The position numbers and the translations under genes are program-made. Below, one piece after another: positions 29,743-40,202 of a stretch of 64,000 nucleotides of DNA (position 1 is its first letter; every line of letters begins with the position of its first letter). Where the stretch lies: the NCBI GenBank assembly GCA_050246315.1, contig JBFWWG010000009.1:117812-181811 (forward strand). The letters run 5' to 3'. Under the pieces are notes generated by a model. The model was not told the DNA's origin. It searched no databases and saw nothing but the letters and a program-made list of their open reading frames with translations. This DNA comes from Nitrospiraceae bacterium (GTDB taxonomy: Bacteria > Nitrospirota > Nitrospiria > Nitrospirales > Nitrospiraceae).

Positions 29743-30696
29743 ATGAGCCACGGCCCCGGAAGGGTGCGATCGCGAAAAACGACGGGACTGACTCCGTCGG
29801 GATTGGACTTGAAATCGGCGCTCGATGGGGTGCGAGGAGAGATTCGGTTCAATGTTCCGCTCAAGACGTTCACCTCTTTCAAGATCGGAGGTCCGGCCGA
29901 CGCATTCGTGACACCAGCGGACGAGGAGGATGTCGCGCGGCTCTCTCGTCAGGCCCATTGCCTGCGGATTCCGGTGTTCGTGCTGGGCGGCACGAACGTG
30001 TTGATTCGCGACGGAGGGGTTCGCGGCATCGTTGTCGGGCTTTCGCAGCTCAAGACCGTCCGGCTCGAAGCCGGCCATGTGCTCTATGCGGAGGCCGGAG
30101 TCGGCATGCCGACTCTGATCAAGCGGGCCATCACGCTGGGATTGAGCGGGTTGGAGTGGGCCGCGGGGATTCCCGGAACCGTCGGAGGTTGTGTCGTGAT
30201 GAATGCCGGCACCAGGCTTGGTGAGATGAAGGATGTCCTGTCCGGCGTACGGATGGCGTTTCCGGACGGCAGTCTCCGCGATTTGGTCAGAGCGGAGATC
30301 GGATTTGAGTACCGGCGCGCACTCTTGCCGGAGGGGATCGTGGTGGGAGCCCGACTTCAGTTGAAACCGGCTTCGAAGGGGGAGATCGAGCGTGTCGTGA
30401 AAGACTACTTGCGGTACCGGAAAGCCACGCAGCCGCTGACCGAGCCCAATGCCGGCTGCGTGTTCAAGAATCCGGGCCCCCGGACGGCCGGCCAATTGGT
30501 CGAGGCGGCCGGCCTCAAGGGAGAGAAAGTGGGAGGGGCGCAGGTCTCAACCAAACACGCGAACTTCATCGTCAACACCGGTCGGGCCTCCGCGTCGGAT
30601 GTGCTGGCGTTGATCCGGTTGGTCCAGGAGCGGGTCAAGAAAGCCAGCGGCGTGGAGTTGCAACTTGAGCTGAAGGTTGTCGGGGAAGGCTCATGA
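29743..30696 (+). CDS. murB: UDP-N-acetylenolpyruvoylglucosamine reductase
   Basis: KIGGPA, GIPGTVGG..MNAG, QP...NAGCVFKNP, HANF. Confidence 0.95.
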   Translation: MSHGPGRVRSRKTTGLTPSGLDLKSALDGVRGEIRFNVPLKTFTSFKIGGPADAFVTPADEEDVARLSRQAHCLRIPVFVLGGTNVLIRDGGVRGIVVGLSQLKTVRLEAGHVLYAEAGVGMPTLIKRAITLGLSGLEWAAGIPGTVGGCVVMNAGTRLGEMKDVLSGVRMAFPDGSLRDLVRAEIGFEYRRALLPEGIVVGARLQLKPASKGEIERVVKDYLRYRKATQPLTEPNAGCVFKNPGPRTAGQLVEAAGLKGEKVGGAQVSTKHANFIVNTGRASASDVLALIRLVQERVKKASGVELQLELKVVGEGS

Positions 30697-30733
30697 TGCC
30701 GCCTCAACCATCGTCTGACATGAGAGGGACTTC

Positions 30734-31681
30734 ATGCCGTTGACCACAGCGCGAGTCGGCGTGCTCATGGGAGGCCAGTCCGCGGAGCGGGACGTCTCCC
30801 TGCGCACTGGACAGGCCGTCCAGCAGGCTCTGGTCCGTCTGGGCTATGACGTGGTCGCCATCGACGTCGGCCCAAACGTTGTGAGGGATTTGCATGAGCT
30901 GAAGGTAGGGTTGGCTTTCATCGCTCTCCATGGACCGGGAGGCGAGGACGGTACCATGCAGGGGTTGCTCGAAACGCTCGCCATTCCCTACACGGGCTCT
31001 GGGGTGCGCGCGAGTGCGGTCGCCATGCATAAGGTGCTGACAAAGGTGGTCCTGGCCTCGCAGGACATTCCGGTTCCGCCTGGAGCGGTCGTGGTCAAAG
31101 GAAGGGCCAAGGGAAAACGACCTCCTCTACCGCACGGGTTGAAATGGCCCGTGGTCGTGAAGCCGGCCACGCAGGGATCTACGATCGGCGTGAGTATCGT
31201 CCGCCAGCCGGCCGCATGGATGGAAGCCTTGGAACTGGCCCATCGGTACGACGACGAGGCGGTGGTAGAGGCCTTTATCGACGGCCATGAGATCACGGTC
31301 GGCGTGCTTCGCTCCGCCGCAACCCTTCAAGCCTTGCCGGCGGTTGAGATCGCCGCGCCGGAGGGCTTCTACGATTTCTCGGCCAAGTATCAAAAGGGGC
31401 AGACTCGGTACCTCTGCCCGGCCCCGTTGACCGGTAAGATCGCACGCGAGGTGCGCGACCTGGCCGTTCGATCGTACGAGACGATCGGCTGCGAGGGCGC
31501 CGCGCGGGTGGATTTTCGTGTGACCCCGAAAGGCAAACCTTATGTATTGGAGATCAACACGGTTCCGGGGATGACGGAAACCAGCCTGTTGCCGATGGCG
31601 GCGGCGCAGGCCGGCATCGACTACGATCGGTTGACGGAGCGGATTCTGGAGTCGGCGCTTGCCCGCTGCAAGCGGGCGTGA
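30734..31681 (+). CDS. ddl: D-alanine--D-alanine ligase
   Basis: GGQSAER, LHGPGGEDG, FYDFSAKY, EINTVPGMT. Confidence 0.97.
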   Translation: MPLTTARVGVLMGGQSAERDVSLRTGQAVQQALVRLGYDVVAIDVGPNVVRDLHELKVGLAFIALHGPGGEDGTMQGLLETLAIPYTGSGVRASAVAMHKVLTKVVLASQDIPVPPGAVVVKGRAKGKRPPLPHGLKWPVVVKPATQGSTIGVSIVRQPAAWMEALELAHRYDDEAVVEAFIDGHEITVGVLRSAATLQALPAVEIAAPEGFYDFSAKYQKGQTRYLCPAPLTGKIAREVRDLAVRSYETIGCEGAARVDFRVTPKGKPYVLEINTVPGMTETSLLPMAAAQAGIDYDRLTERILESALARCKRA

Positions 31682-32556
31682 CGCGAACGGAGCACACCAC
31701 CGTGTTCAGGCATCGTAAATCCAAGCGACCGACGGAACCGCGGGAGAACCAGAAGCGGGGTTTGGGCGGTCAAGCCGGCTCCCTGCGAGCAGGCACTCGT
31801 TCATTGGTCCGGCTCCTACTTGGGACGACGAAACTCGTGGCCGTGCTCGGATTGCTTGTGTTGGCCGGTTGGTGCGGCTCGCTCCTGTGGCGCCATGCCG
31901 GCCCCTGGATGGCTGAGCTATTCCGCGTCCGCGAGATTGTCGTCGTCGGTCTCCACCAGATCACGCGCGCCGAAGTTGTGACGAGGCTCAGGCTGGACAA
32001 CCAGGCGGTCCTCTACGAGATCGAGCCGGAGAAGCTCGTCGATCGATTGCGCACACATCCCTGGATTCGACATGCGGAGGTGACCAGATTGCCGCTTCAC
32101 CAGGTGCAGGTCACGATTGTGGAGCGTCGGCCGGCCGCCGTCGTGCAACGGTCCGAGGTCAACGTGTTGGTGGATGAGGAAGGGCACATCCTCAAATGGC
32201 TGGGTCGCGTCGATGAGCCCTCGCTCCCCCTGTGCGTCGGTGTCGAGCCCAGAAACCTCGCACAGGGCGCGGGCCGCGAACGGCGGACGGTCAAGGCGGC
32301 GGTGACGCTTGCGGGGATCTTGGCCGAGACCACGAGTGATCGGATCGTCATCGATGCGACGAATCCGGCCAATCTGGTCGCGACGGTCAAGGATTTGCGC
32401 CTGTCGTTCGGCAACGCCGGTTTTCAAGAAAAATGGAGTCTGTACGCCCGGCTCAGGCCGAATTTGGCCTTCGAACATCGCGCCGTTGGCGACCCGTCGC
32501 CCGTCGATGTGGATCTTCGGTTCGCCGGCCGCGTGATCGTGCGAGAAAGGGGGTAG
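31678..32556 (+). CDS. ftsQ: Cell division protein FtsQ
   Basis: TM helix, POTRA-like region (HPWI..AEV.R..P...V.IVER), C-terminal VDLRF; between ddl and ftsA. Confidence 0.88.
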   Translation: MTRTEHTTVFRHRKSKRPTEPRENQKRGLGGQAGSLRAGTRSLVRLLLGTTKLVAVLGLLVLAGWCGSLLWRHAGPWMAELFRVREIVVVGLHQITRAEVVTRLRLDNQAVLYEIEPEKLVDRLRTHPWIRHAEVTRLPLHQVQVTIVERRPAAVVQRSEVNVLVDEEGHILKWLGRVDEPSLPLCVGVEPRNLAQGAGRERRTVKAAVTLAGILAETTSDRIVIDATNPANLVATVKDLRLSFGNAGFQEKWSLYARLRPNLAFEHRAVGDPSPVDVDLRFAGRVIVRERG

Positions 32557-32559
32557 CGC

Positions 32560-33801
32560 GTGCCCAAACGAGAACAAATCCTAGTGGGGCTTGATATCGG
32601 CACCACCAAGATCTGCGCGATCGTGGCCGAGATCACGGAAACCGGCTCGCTGAATGTCATCGGGGTGGGGTCGAGCCCGTCGCGCGGCCTTCGCAAAGGG
32701 GTGGTGGTCAATATCGAGAGCACGGTGGAATCGATCAAGAAGGCTGTGGACGATGCCGAGTTGATGGCGGGAGTCGAGATCCATTCGGTCTATACCGGCA
32801 TCGCGGGCGGTCACATTGCCGGCGAGAACTGTAAGGGCGTCGTCGTGCTGAAGAAACAGGAAGTGACGCGCGAGGACGTGCAACGGGCGATCGATAGCGC
32901 CAGGACCATGGCGGTGATCCCCCAGGAGCGGCGCGTGCTCCATGTCTTGCCGCGCGAATTCATGGTGGACGATCAAGACGGGATCCGCGACCCCGTCGGC
33001 CTTCTGGGAACCCGCCTGGAGGTCAATGTGCACATCATCACGGGCGCTGTCACCTCCGCGCAGAATCTCATCAAGGGCGTCAATCGGGCGGGCTTGGATG
33101 TCGTGGACATCGTGCTCCAGCCGCTGGCCTCCAGTGAAGCGGTGTTGAGCCCCGAGGAGAAGGAACTGGGCGTGGCGATGGTGGACTTCGGCGGCGGGAC
33201 GACCGACTTGGCCATCTTCCTGGACGGGAGCGTGCGCCACACGGCGGTGCTGCCGCTCGGCGGACAGAATCTGACCAAGGATCTGGCGATCGGTCTGCTG
33301 ACTTCACAGAGCGAAGCGGAGAAGATCAAGCTCCAATACGGCATCGCCAGGGCGGATCTGCTTCAGGGGCACCAGATGGTCGAGGTGCCGTCGGTCGGCG
33401 AGCGCCCGGCGCGCATGTTCACGCGCCGCGACATCGCCGACATCCTTGAGCCGCGCGTCGAGGAGATGTTCGAGCTGGTTCGGCGTGAAATCGCCCGCGC
33501 GGGCTATGAAGGCATGCTCGGCGCCGGCGTCGTGCTCACCGGGGGAACGTCTTTGCTGGAAGGGATGCTGGATGCAGCGGAAAAACTGCTCAATCTGCCG
33601 GCTCGGCGCGGGGTCCCGGGCGGCGTCGGAGGGCTCCGGGATATCGTCAGCAATCCAATCTATTCGACCGGTGTGGGGCTGTTGCTGCATGCTCGCCAAC
33701 ATGCGGAAGCGCAGGAACTCGCCGGGATTGGTAGCGGAGGGCCGATCAAGGGGGCGCTCAGCAGACTCGTGGGGAAGCTGACCGACATCTTTCTAACCTA
33801 G
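32560..33801 (+). CDS. ftsA: Cell division protein FtsA
   Basis: [32 protein letters not shown]. Confidence 0.97.
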   Translation: MPKREQILVGLDIGTTKICAIVAEITETGSLNVIGVGSSPSRGLRKGVVVNIESTVESIKKAVDDAELMAGVEIHSVYTGIAGGHIAGENCKGVVVLKKQEVTREDVQRAIDSARTMAVIPQERRVLHVLPREFMVDDQDGIRDPVGLLGTRLEVNVHIITGAVTSAQNLIKGVNRAGLDVVDIVLQPLASSEAVLSPEEKELGVAMVDFGGGTTDLAIFLDGSVRHTAVLPLGGQNLTKDLAIGLLTSQSEAEKIKLQYGIARADLLQGHQMVEVPSVGERPARMFTRRDIADILEPRVEEMFELVRREIARAGYEGMLGAGVVLTGGTSLLEGMLDAAEKLLNLPARRGVPGGVGGLRDIVSNPIYSTGVGLLLHARQHAEAQELAGIGSGGPIKGALSRLVGKLTDIFLT

Positions 33802-33851
33802 CCATCAGTGGGAACGGAAGCCCGGGATACTTCCGAGAGGGAGGGAGCCAC

Positions 33852-35045
33852 ATGTTTTCATTTCAAGAGGATCTTCTGTCCCCCGTGCACATCAAGGTCT
33901 TCGGCGTCGGCGGAGCCGGGTGCAACGCGGTCAATACGATGATTCACTCCGGCCTGAGCCGGGTGGAGTTCATCGCCGCCAACACGGACGTGCAGGCGCT
34001 GGAACGGTCGCAGGCGGCCTTCAAGATCCAATTGGGACCGGAGCGGACGCGCGGGCTCGGCGCCGGGGCAAGACCGGAAATCGGCAAAGACGCAGCCTTG
34101 GAAAGCAAGGACCAGATCCGCGAAGCGATGCAAGGGGCGGATATGGTCTTCGTCACGGCCGGCATGGGCGGCGGCACCGGCACAGGGGCGGCGCCCATCG
34201 TGGCGAGTGTGGCCCGGGAACTGGGTATCCTGACCGTCGGCGTCGTCACGAAACCCTTCCAGTTCGAAGGGCATCGGCGGATGAGTCATGCGGAAGAAGG
34301 GTTGCGGGACCTGCGCCGCCACGTGGACACGCTGCTGATTATTCCCAATCAGCGGTTGCTGGCTATCGTGGATAAGGCGACGCCGCTTTTGGATGCGTTC
34401 AAGGTGGCGGACGATGTCCTGCGGCAGGCGATTCAAGGCATCGCGGACGTGATTACGACCACCGGCCATGTCAACGTGGACTTTGCGGACGTGCGCACCG
34501 TGATGGCCCACACCGGACGGGCGGTCATGGGGATGGGACGGGCCTGTGGCGCCAATCGTGCGGTCGAAGCCGCCCATAAGGCGATCAACAGCCCGCTGCT
34601 GGAAGACGGAACGGTGGAGGGAGCCAAGGGCGTGCTGCTGAACATCACCGGCGGTGCCGACCTCTCGCTGCACGAGGTGGACGAAGCGGCGTCGATCATC
34701 AAGGAGGCGGCAGACGCGGAAGCCAACATCATCGTCGGACAGGTGATCAATCAGGAGATAGGGGATGAGCTGGTGGTGACGGTGATCGCGACGGGCTTCG
34801 AGCACGGGGAGGACGGAGCCAAGATTCCCGTTTCGTCAGATCGGGCCGCGACGCGTCCGGTTCGGACGGGACAGCAGGTGCTGGCGGCGGTCTCTACCGG
34901 AGGGAATGAGAAGCCTGTTAGGGATTTGGATCGTCCGGCGTTTCTCCGAAAGCTGAGCGAACAGCGGGATCTCAAGGAACGAGTGGGGTTACTGCCGGAT
35001 GACGAGTGGGATGTGCCGACGTTCTTGCGGAAGCAGGCGGATTAG
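33852..35045 (+). CDS. ftsZ: Cell division protein FtsZ
   Basis: GGGTGTG, NVDFAD, C-terminal [11 protein letters not shown]. Confidence 0.99.
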   Translation: MFSFQEDLLSPVHIKVFGVGGAGCNAVNTMIHSGLSRVEFIAANTDVQALERSQAAFKIQLGPERTRGLGAGARPEIGKDAALESKDQIREAMQGADMVFVTAGMGGGTGTGAAPIVASVARELGILTVGVVTKPFQFEGHRRMSHAEEGLRDLRRHVDTLLIIPNQRLLAIVDKATPLLDAFKVADDVLRQAIQGIADVITTTGHVNVDFADVRTVMAHTGRAVMGMGRACGANRAVEAAHKAINSPLLEDGTVEGAKGVLLNITGGADLSLHEVDEAASIIKEAADAEANIIVGQVINQEIGDELVVTVIATGFEHGEDGAKIPVSSDRAATRPVRTGQQVLAAVSTGGNEKPVRDLDRPAFLRKLSEQRDLKERVGLLPDDEWDVPTFLRKQAD

Positions 35046-35087
35046 GATTGGGTTGGCGGGCGTGCTTCAGCGTGGCACAATGAGCCG

Positions 35088-35876
35088 GTGAGCCGCACAT
35101 CGATGATCACCCTGTCCGCCTTCGCCTCGAACGGAGACCGTCTGCATCATTTCTTCGGGACGCGCCACACGGCGCAGCTTCTTCCCGGTGAGCACGGCGA
35201 TCGTGAGGTGGAGATCCTGGCCCACCGCATCACGCAGGACGTGGTGTCGCGGCAGGACGGATCGTTGGCCGAGCTCATCCATGAGTGCCGATTCGTGGCC
35301 GTCAAACAGGTCCATGGGACGGATGTCCTCGCAGTTGATGAACAGGCGCCAAACCGCGAGCTGCTGGAGCAGGGGTGGGATGCCCTAATCACGGACGAAC
35401 CGCGGCTCTGCCTCACGATCAAGACGGCCGACTGCGTGCCGGTTCTGTTATTCGATCCCGTCCGCCGCGTCATCGGCGCCATTCATGCGGGCTGGCGCGG
35501 AACCCTCGCAGCCGTTGTTCCCAAAACCATCGACACCATGTGCGAGCGGTACGGAAGTCGGGCTCAGACCCTGCGGGTGGCGATCGGGCCGTCGGCCGCC
35601 TCCTGCTGTTACGAAGTCGATGAGCCGGTGTTGAGTCGCCTTCGCGACGTCTTTCCCGACTGGTCTTCGGTTGTACGACCGACCGGCGTCAACCGAGCGA
35701 CGCTTGATTTGCGCCGAGTGATCCGCCGCCAGGCCGAAAGAGCCGGCGTGGGGACGGAGTCTATTTCCGCGGCCGACCACTGCACGATTTGCGAGCCGGA
35801 CCGCTTCTATTCATATCGACGAGAGGGGAGTGTCCGGGGTACGATGATCAGCGGCATTGCCCTGCGGGCGCGGTAA
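35088..35876 (+). CDS. pgeF: Peptidoglycan editing factor PgeF (YfiH/YlmD)
   Basis: QVHG, TADCVPV, HAGWRG, CYEV, SYRR. Confidence 0.93.
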   Translation: MSRTSMITLSAFASNGDRLHHFFGTRHTAQLLPGEHGDREVEILAHRITQDVVSRQDGSLAELIHECRFVAVKQVHGTDVLAVDEQAPNRELLEQGWDALITDEPRLCLTIKTADCVPVLLFDPVRRVIGAIHAGWRGTLAAVVPKTIDTMCERYGSRAQTLRVAIGPSAASCCYEVDEPVLSRLRDVFPDWSSVVRPTGVNRATLDLRRVIRRQAERAGVGTESISAADHCTICEPDRFYSYRREGSVRGTMISGIALRAR

Positions 35877-35942
35877 GAGGAGATTCGGAAAGGGACGCGT
35901 CCTGCGTTCGCAAGCCGATGATGGATTCACCTGAGAGAGGCC

Positions 35943-36671
35943 GTGGTCACCGCTGAGTCCGGTGCTAGCGAGCCGGCGATAGCCGACGCACTCCATCGCA
36001 TCAGACGGACGATGGAGGCAGCGGCGACGCGGGTCGGACGGAACCCGGGGACGATTCGCTTGCTCGGCGCGACCAAATCAGTGGACATTGCCAGAATCCG
36101 AGCGGCCATCCACGCGGGGCTCACACTCTGCGGAGAAAATCGGGTTCAGGAAGCGCTGCCGAAAATGGAATCGCTCCGGGGGCTGCCTATCGAATGGCAT
36201 TTTATCGGGCGGTTGCAGCGGCGGAAGGTCAAGAGCGTCGTCGGGCGATTCAGCCTGATCCAGTCGGTCGAAAGTCTCGAATTGGCGGAAGAGATTCAAC
36301 GGCGCAGCGAAGAGGCCGGAGTCGATCAGCCGGTTCTCCTCGAGGTCAACATCGCGAGCGAAGCCAGCAAGGGAGGCTTCGAGCCCGGTGCACTTGAGCA
36401 GGCCATCCCGGAGTTGCTGGTGATGCGGCGATTGCGCATCAGGGGGCTCATGACGATCCCACCGTTCGAGGATGATTCGGAACGGGCCCGTCCCTATTTT
36501 CTGAGATTGCGGGAGCTCTCGCATTCGCTGACCCGCTCTGAATGGCCGACTGTGAGCATGGCGGAGCTTTCTATGGGTATGTCCCATGACTATGACGTCG
36601 CGATCGAGGCAGGAGCGACCCTGGTGCGGATTGGGGCCGCTCTTTTTGGGATGAGGGCACAGCCACAGTGA
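35943..36671 (+). CDS. yggS: PLP homeostasis protein (YggS/YlmE)
   Basis: GENRVQE, WHFIG.LQ, GLMTIP, LSMGMS.D, VRIG. Confidence 0.95.
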   Translation: MVTAESGASEPAIADALHRIRRTMEAAATRVGRNPGTIRLLGATKSVDIARIRAAIHAGLTLCGENRVQEALPKMESLRGLPIEWHFIGRLQRRKVKSVVGRFSLIQSVESLELAEEIQRRSEEAGVDQPVLLEVNIASEASKGGFEPGALEQAIPELLVMRRLRIRGLMTIPPFEDDSERARPYFLRLRELSHSLTRSEWPTVSMAELSMGMSHDYDVAIEAGATLVRIGAALFGMRAQPQ

Positions 36672-37486
36672 TTCAACCCGACCGGCATGAGCGCCTTGCG
36701 CTGATTGGAGGCGGCCAGATGGCCGAAGCCTTGATCGGTGGATTGTTGGCGGCCGGGACGTGGAAGCCGGACCGAATCATAGCCACTGATCCCAGTCGAG
36801 CGCGCCGTGAAGTTCTTCATAACCGGTTCGGCGTGACGGTCGGGACGGACAATCGGGAGGCAGTCGCAGGCGCACGGGCGGTGATTCTGGCTGTCAAGCC
36901 TCAGGTCCTGGCGGACGTGCTGGAGGAGCTTCGGTCGGGATGGGACAACCAGCTTGTGATTTCCATTGCAGCCGGCATCCGGCTCGCTTGGCTCAGAGAA
37001 CGGATGCCGGCCGGTGTCCGGCTCATCCGCGTGATGCCCAATGCGCCGGCATTGGTGGGCGCGGGCATGTCGGTTCTGGCCTTGCATGAGAGCGCGACGA
37101 GGGAGGACGAACGACTGGCTTTTGGCTTGTTCGAATCAGTGGGTCGCGCGGTTGTCCTTCAAGAAGACCTTTTGGACGCGGTGACGGGGTTGAGCGGCAG
37201 CGGGCCGGCCTATGTCTGCGTGGCGCTGGAGGCGCTGTCCGACGGAGGAGTCAAGATGGGCTTGCCGAGGGAGTCGGCACAACGGTGGGCCGCACAGGCT
37301 GCCATGGGAGCGGCGGCGCTGATGCTCACCTCCGATCCGGCGGAATCCTGTTGGCAGGAAACCGTCCTTGCCGATTGTCCTCCTGCGTCGCGAGGGATCG
37401 AGGTGTTGAGGCGAGCTCAGGCGGGATCGGCGTTGAGCCATGCGGTCGAGGCCGCGACGAGCCGCTCGCGAGAATTGGGGGTCTGA
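36668..37486 (+). CDS. proC: Pyrroline-5-carboxylate reductase-like protein with altered substrate loop
   Basis: IGGGQMA, LAVKPQ, ISIAAG, RVMPN, GLSGSGPAY present; SPGGTT absent. Confidence 0.85.
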   Translation: MIQPDRHERLALIGGGQMAEALIGGLLAAGTWKPDRIIATDPSRARREVLHNRFGVTVGTDNREAVAGARAVILAVKPQVLADVLEELRSGWDNQLVISIAAGIRLAWLRERMPAGVRLIRVMPNAPALVGAGMSVLALHESATREDERLAFGLFESVGRAVVLQEDLLDAVTGLSGSGPAYVCVALEALSDGGVKMGLPRESAQRWAAQAAMGAAALMLTSDPAESCWQETVLADCPPASRGIEVLRRAQAGSALSHAVEAATSRSRELGV

Positions 37487-37782
37487 TGTTCGTCCTCGGC
37501 AATGTCCTGCAGGGGTTGGCGACGATTCTGAGCTGGGTGCTGACGATGTATCAATGGATCATCATCGCGCGCGCGTTGATCTCCTGGGTGAATCCCGATC
37601 CGTGGAATCCCATCGTCCAGTTCTTGGAACGGGCGACCGAGCCGGTCCTGGCCCCGATTCGCAGCCTGCTGGGTTGGCGCATGGGGATCGATATTTCTCC
37701 GCTGGTTGCGATCTTCGCGATTATCTTCCTACAATATGCACTGGTTGCGACGCTTCAGGATGTGGCCGTCCGACTTCGTTGA
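37486..37782 (+). CDS. yggT: YggT/YlmG family membrane protein
   Basis: LISWVNPDPWNPIV..L...TEPVLAPIR, GIDISP. Confidence 0.93.
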   Translation: MFVLGNVLQGLATILSWVLTMYQWIIIARALISWVNPDPWNPIVQFLERATEPVLAPIRSLLGWRMGIDISPLVAIFAIIFLQYALVATLQDVAVRLR

Positions 37783-37803
37783 TCACCGGCACGAGGTAGA
37801 TCC

Positions 37804-38316
37804 ATGAAACTGACACCGCTCGAAATTCAGCAGATGGTTTTTCAGGTGCGCATGCGGGGCTACGACAGAGAGGAGGTCAACCGTTTTCTGGAAGAGGTGG
37901 CACAGACCCTTGAAACCGCCAACCGCGAAAATGCCTCGCTCCGGGAACGGACGTCCTACATGGAGCAGCAATTGGCCGATATGAAGCGGAACGAAGCCAC
38001 GCTGTCCAATACGCTGCTCTCTGCGCAATCCCTGGCAGATGACGTGAAGCGGACCGCCCACCGCGACGCCGAACTGGCCATGAAGGAGGCCGAATTGAAG
38101 GCGTCCGAACTGCTGAGAGAAGCGCGGGTCGAGTTGGCGGAGACTCAGCGGGACATTTCGGAACTCCGCAAGCAGCGGTTGCTCATGATCGAACGGTTGC
38201 GGGCGACGATCCGCACATTCGAGCGGATGCTTGAAGTCGAAGAAGAGGACGAAGATTCCTCCGAACCGGCAGCGCCGAGCAACAAGCTTACCGGCGAGTC
38301 CACCCGGTATCAATAA
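37804..38316 (+). CDS. DivIVA domain protein
   Basis: MKLTPLEIQQ..F...MRGYDREEVNRFL followed by coiled coil. Confidence 0.92.
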   Translation: MKLTPLEIQQMVFQVRMRGYDREEVNRFLEEVAQTLETANRENASLRERTSYMEQQLADMKRNEATLSNTLLSAQSLADDVKRTAHRDAELAMKEAELKASELLREARVELAETQRDISELRKQRLLMIERLRATIRTFERMLEVEEEDEDSSEPAAPSNKLTGESTRYQ

Positions 38317-38320
38317 GCTC

Positions 38321-39475
38321 GTGCCCGCAATCGTGCGGTTTTCTGAATTATCCCACGATCAGGTCCGCACGATCCTACGTACCGCGGTAGATGCCGGGGT
38401 GTTCCCCGGCGCCGTGCTTCATGTGCGGCGACGGGGGATGGTGTGGTGTGAGGCGGCGGTCGGGCGCTCAGCGTATCCCCCTCTCGGCACGTCGGTGACT
38501 CCGCAGACCATCTACGATTTGGCTTCCCTCACCAAGCCTCTTGCAACGACTGCTGCGATCCTGCACCTGGTTCAAGATGAAACGCTGCGACTTGACGATC
38601 CGCTCGCGCGACACCTTCACGAACTGCACGGCACGGCGATCGGAGAAGCCACGATCTGGCATCTGCTGACGCACAGCTCAGGCTTGCCGGGTTGGCGGCC
38701 GTTCTACCAAATGTTGACTCAGGATGCAGCGACAGCCGGATCCGTGACGGGAGATCGTTCCAACGCCGAGCGGGTGTTGCAACTCATTCGTTCCGAACGA
38801 TTGGAGTTTGTGACGGGCGAACGCAGCCTTTACAGCGACCTGGGGTACATGTTGCTGGGCTGGACCGTGGAGCGGCTTTCCGGATACACGCTCGACGTGT
38901 TTTGCCAGAACCGGCTCTATCATCCGATCGGGGCCTGGCCCCTTGCCTTTATCCCCCGTAGCCGGACGGTCGCCGACATCTTTGGGCCGGGATCCGTGGT
39001 GGCGCCGACAGAGCAGGATCCTTGGCGTGGCCGGCTGCTCGAGGGGGAGGTGCATGACGAGAATGCCGCGGCGCTGGGAGGCGTTGCGGGGCATGCCGGG
39101 TTGTTCGGGACGGCTCAGGCCGTAGCCTGCGTGGGACAGGCCTGGTTGGATGCGTGGAATGGAATGCCCGGTCTCTTGGCGCCCGATCTGGTACGTCGGT
39201 TCGTCGCCCGGCAGACGTTGATCCCTTCTTCGACGTGGGCCATGGGTTGGGATACGCCGTCGGTCTCCGCCTCATCGGCCGGGGTCCATGTCTCACCCGA
39301 GTCGTTCGGCCACCTGGGTTTCACAGGGACGTCGATGTGGATCAATCCGACCGAGCAGATGGTTGTTGTGCTGTTATCCAACCGTGTGCATCCGACCAGA
39401 GATAATGAGGGTATCAAGCGCTTCCGGCCGAAAATTCACGATGTGATTTGGGACGCGTGCCGTGGAGGTCTGTGA
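38321..39475 (+). CDS. Serine hydrolase, beta-lactamase class C-like family
   Basis: YDLASLTK (SxxK), LLTHSSGL, YSD, VHDEN, GHAGLF, GHLGFTG, NRVHP. Confidence 0.9.
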   Translation: MPAIVRFSELSHDQVRTILRTAVDAGVFPGAVLHVRRRGMVWCEAAVGRSAYPPLGTSVTPQTIYDLASLTKPLATTAAILHLVQDETLRLDDPLARHLHELHGTAIGEATIWHLLTHSSGLPGWRPFYQMLTQDAATAGSVTGDRSNAERVLQLIRSERLEFVTGERSLYSDLGYMLLGWTVERLSGYTLDVFCQNRLYHPIGAWPLAFIPRSRTVADIFGPGSVVAPTEQDPWRGRLLEGEVHDENAAALGGVAGHAGLFGTAQAVACVGQAWLDAWNGMPGLLAPDLVRRFVARQTLIPSSTWAMGWDTPSVSASSAGVHVSPESFGHLGFTGTSMWINPTEQMVVVLLSNRVHPTRDNEGIKRFRPKIHDVIWDACRGGL

Positions 39476-39476
39476 G

Positions 39477-39788
39477 TCAGTCTGCGTAGTCGATCCATGT
39501 TTCTTTTTCCGCCAAGTAACGCTTGCCTTTGAAGTTCAATCGGGTCCGCATCTTTTGAAAGCCCAGACGCCGCAGCCGGTCGATCACGTCTGTGACAGCC
39601 TCGGCGACGGTTCGGTGGACCTGCCCTTCTACCACGAGCGCCTCATACATCACCTGGGCTTTGTAACCGGCCCCTGTGCGGCTGATGGCGATCGAACGAT
39701 TGAAATAGCGATCGCTCGGGTCGGTCCCTTCGATCTGGTGACGCTCGACGAGACCTTCTTTCTTCAACGAGAGCGGAAGCGTGCTCAT
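39477..39788 (-). CDS. Small hypothetical protein
   Basis: GGAGGAG RBS before ATG 39788; 103 aa of ordinary composition. Confidence 0.7.
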   Translation of the reverse strand: MSTLPLSLKKEGLVERHQIEGTDPSDRYFNRSIAISRTGAGYKAQVMYEALVVEGQVHRTVAEAVTDVIDRLRRLGFQKMRTRLNFKGKRYLAEKETWIDYAD

Positions 39789-39866
39789 GTGCTCCTCCGG
39801 TGTTCCGCTGCGGACCTTGGCAACGAAGTGCATTATAAGAGGGCGCGAATGGGTGTGCAACCGCGG

Positions 39867-39896
39867 TTGACAAGGCCGGAACGCCATTCCTATCAT
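39867..39896 (+). promoter_or_regulatory. Putative sigma70 promoter
   Basis: TTGACA-18 bp-TATCAT, about 300 nt upstream of the next CDS. Confidence 0.65.
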
Positions 39897-39902
39897 GCCG
39901 CG

Positions 39903-40110
39903 TTTTCGACGGACGCCCGCAGGCGTCGTAGCCCGCATGATTCATAACGGTTCGTGACGGTTCACCCGGTTCCTATCCAGGGCACGGGTACCTCCACGCG
40001 AAGCCGCGAGCAAGGGAGGCGTACTTGAAGCTGGATGTTGACCGACCGAGCAGCGAGCCTGTCCGCTTGGGTGCGGAAGACCGGCGGCCAGATCTGTCGC
40101 AGCCTGGACA
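39903..40110 (+). ncRNA. Candidate structured RNA (long leader or small RNA; 6S-like rod fold possible)
   Basis: Follows a strong promoter; no credible ORF; nested complementarity CCGCA/TGCGG, GGTTCG/CGAGCC, ATCCAG/CTGGAT, GGGTAC/GTACTT, CTCC/GGAG. Confidence 0.4.
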
Positions 40111-40202
40111 CTCGTTGCCCTTGACCGGCAACAGGTTGCACAGTGGTTGCGGCAGAAGCGTTCACGGATAATATGAGTTGGCCCGCCGGATCGTAGAAGC
40201 GG

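Noticed and set aside
38321..39475. Antibiotic-resistance beta-lactamase
   Set aside because: No clear signal peptide, YSD/HLG instead of YxN/KTG, core-genome location
39945..40075. ZMP/ZTP riboswitch, from GGTTCGTGAC...CCGCTTGGG
   Set aside because: The GACTGGCG/CGCC pseudoknot core is absent and the downstream gene is not one-carbon related
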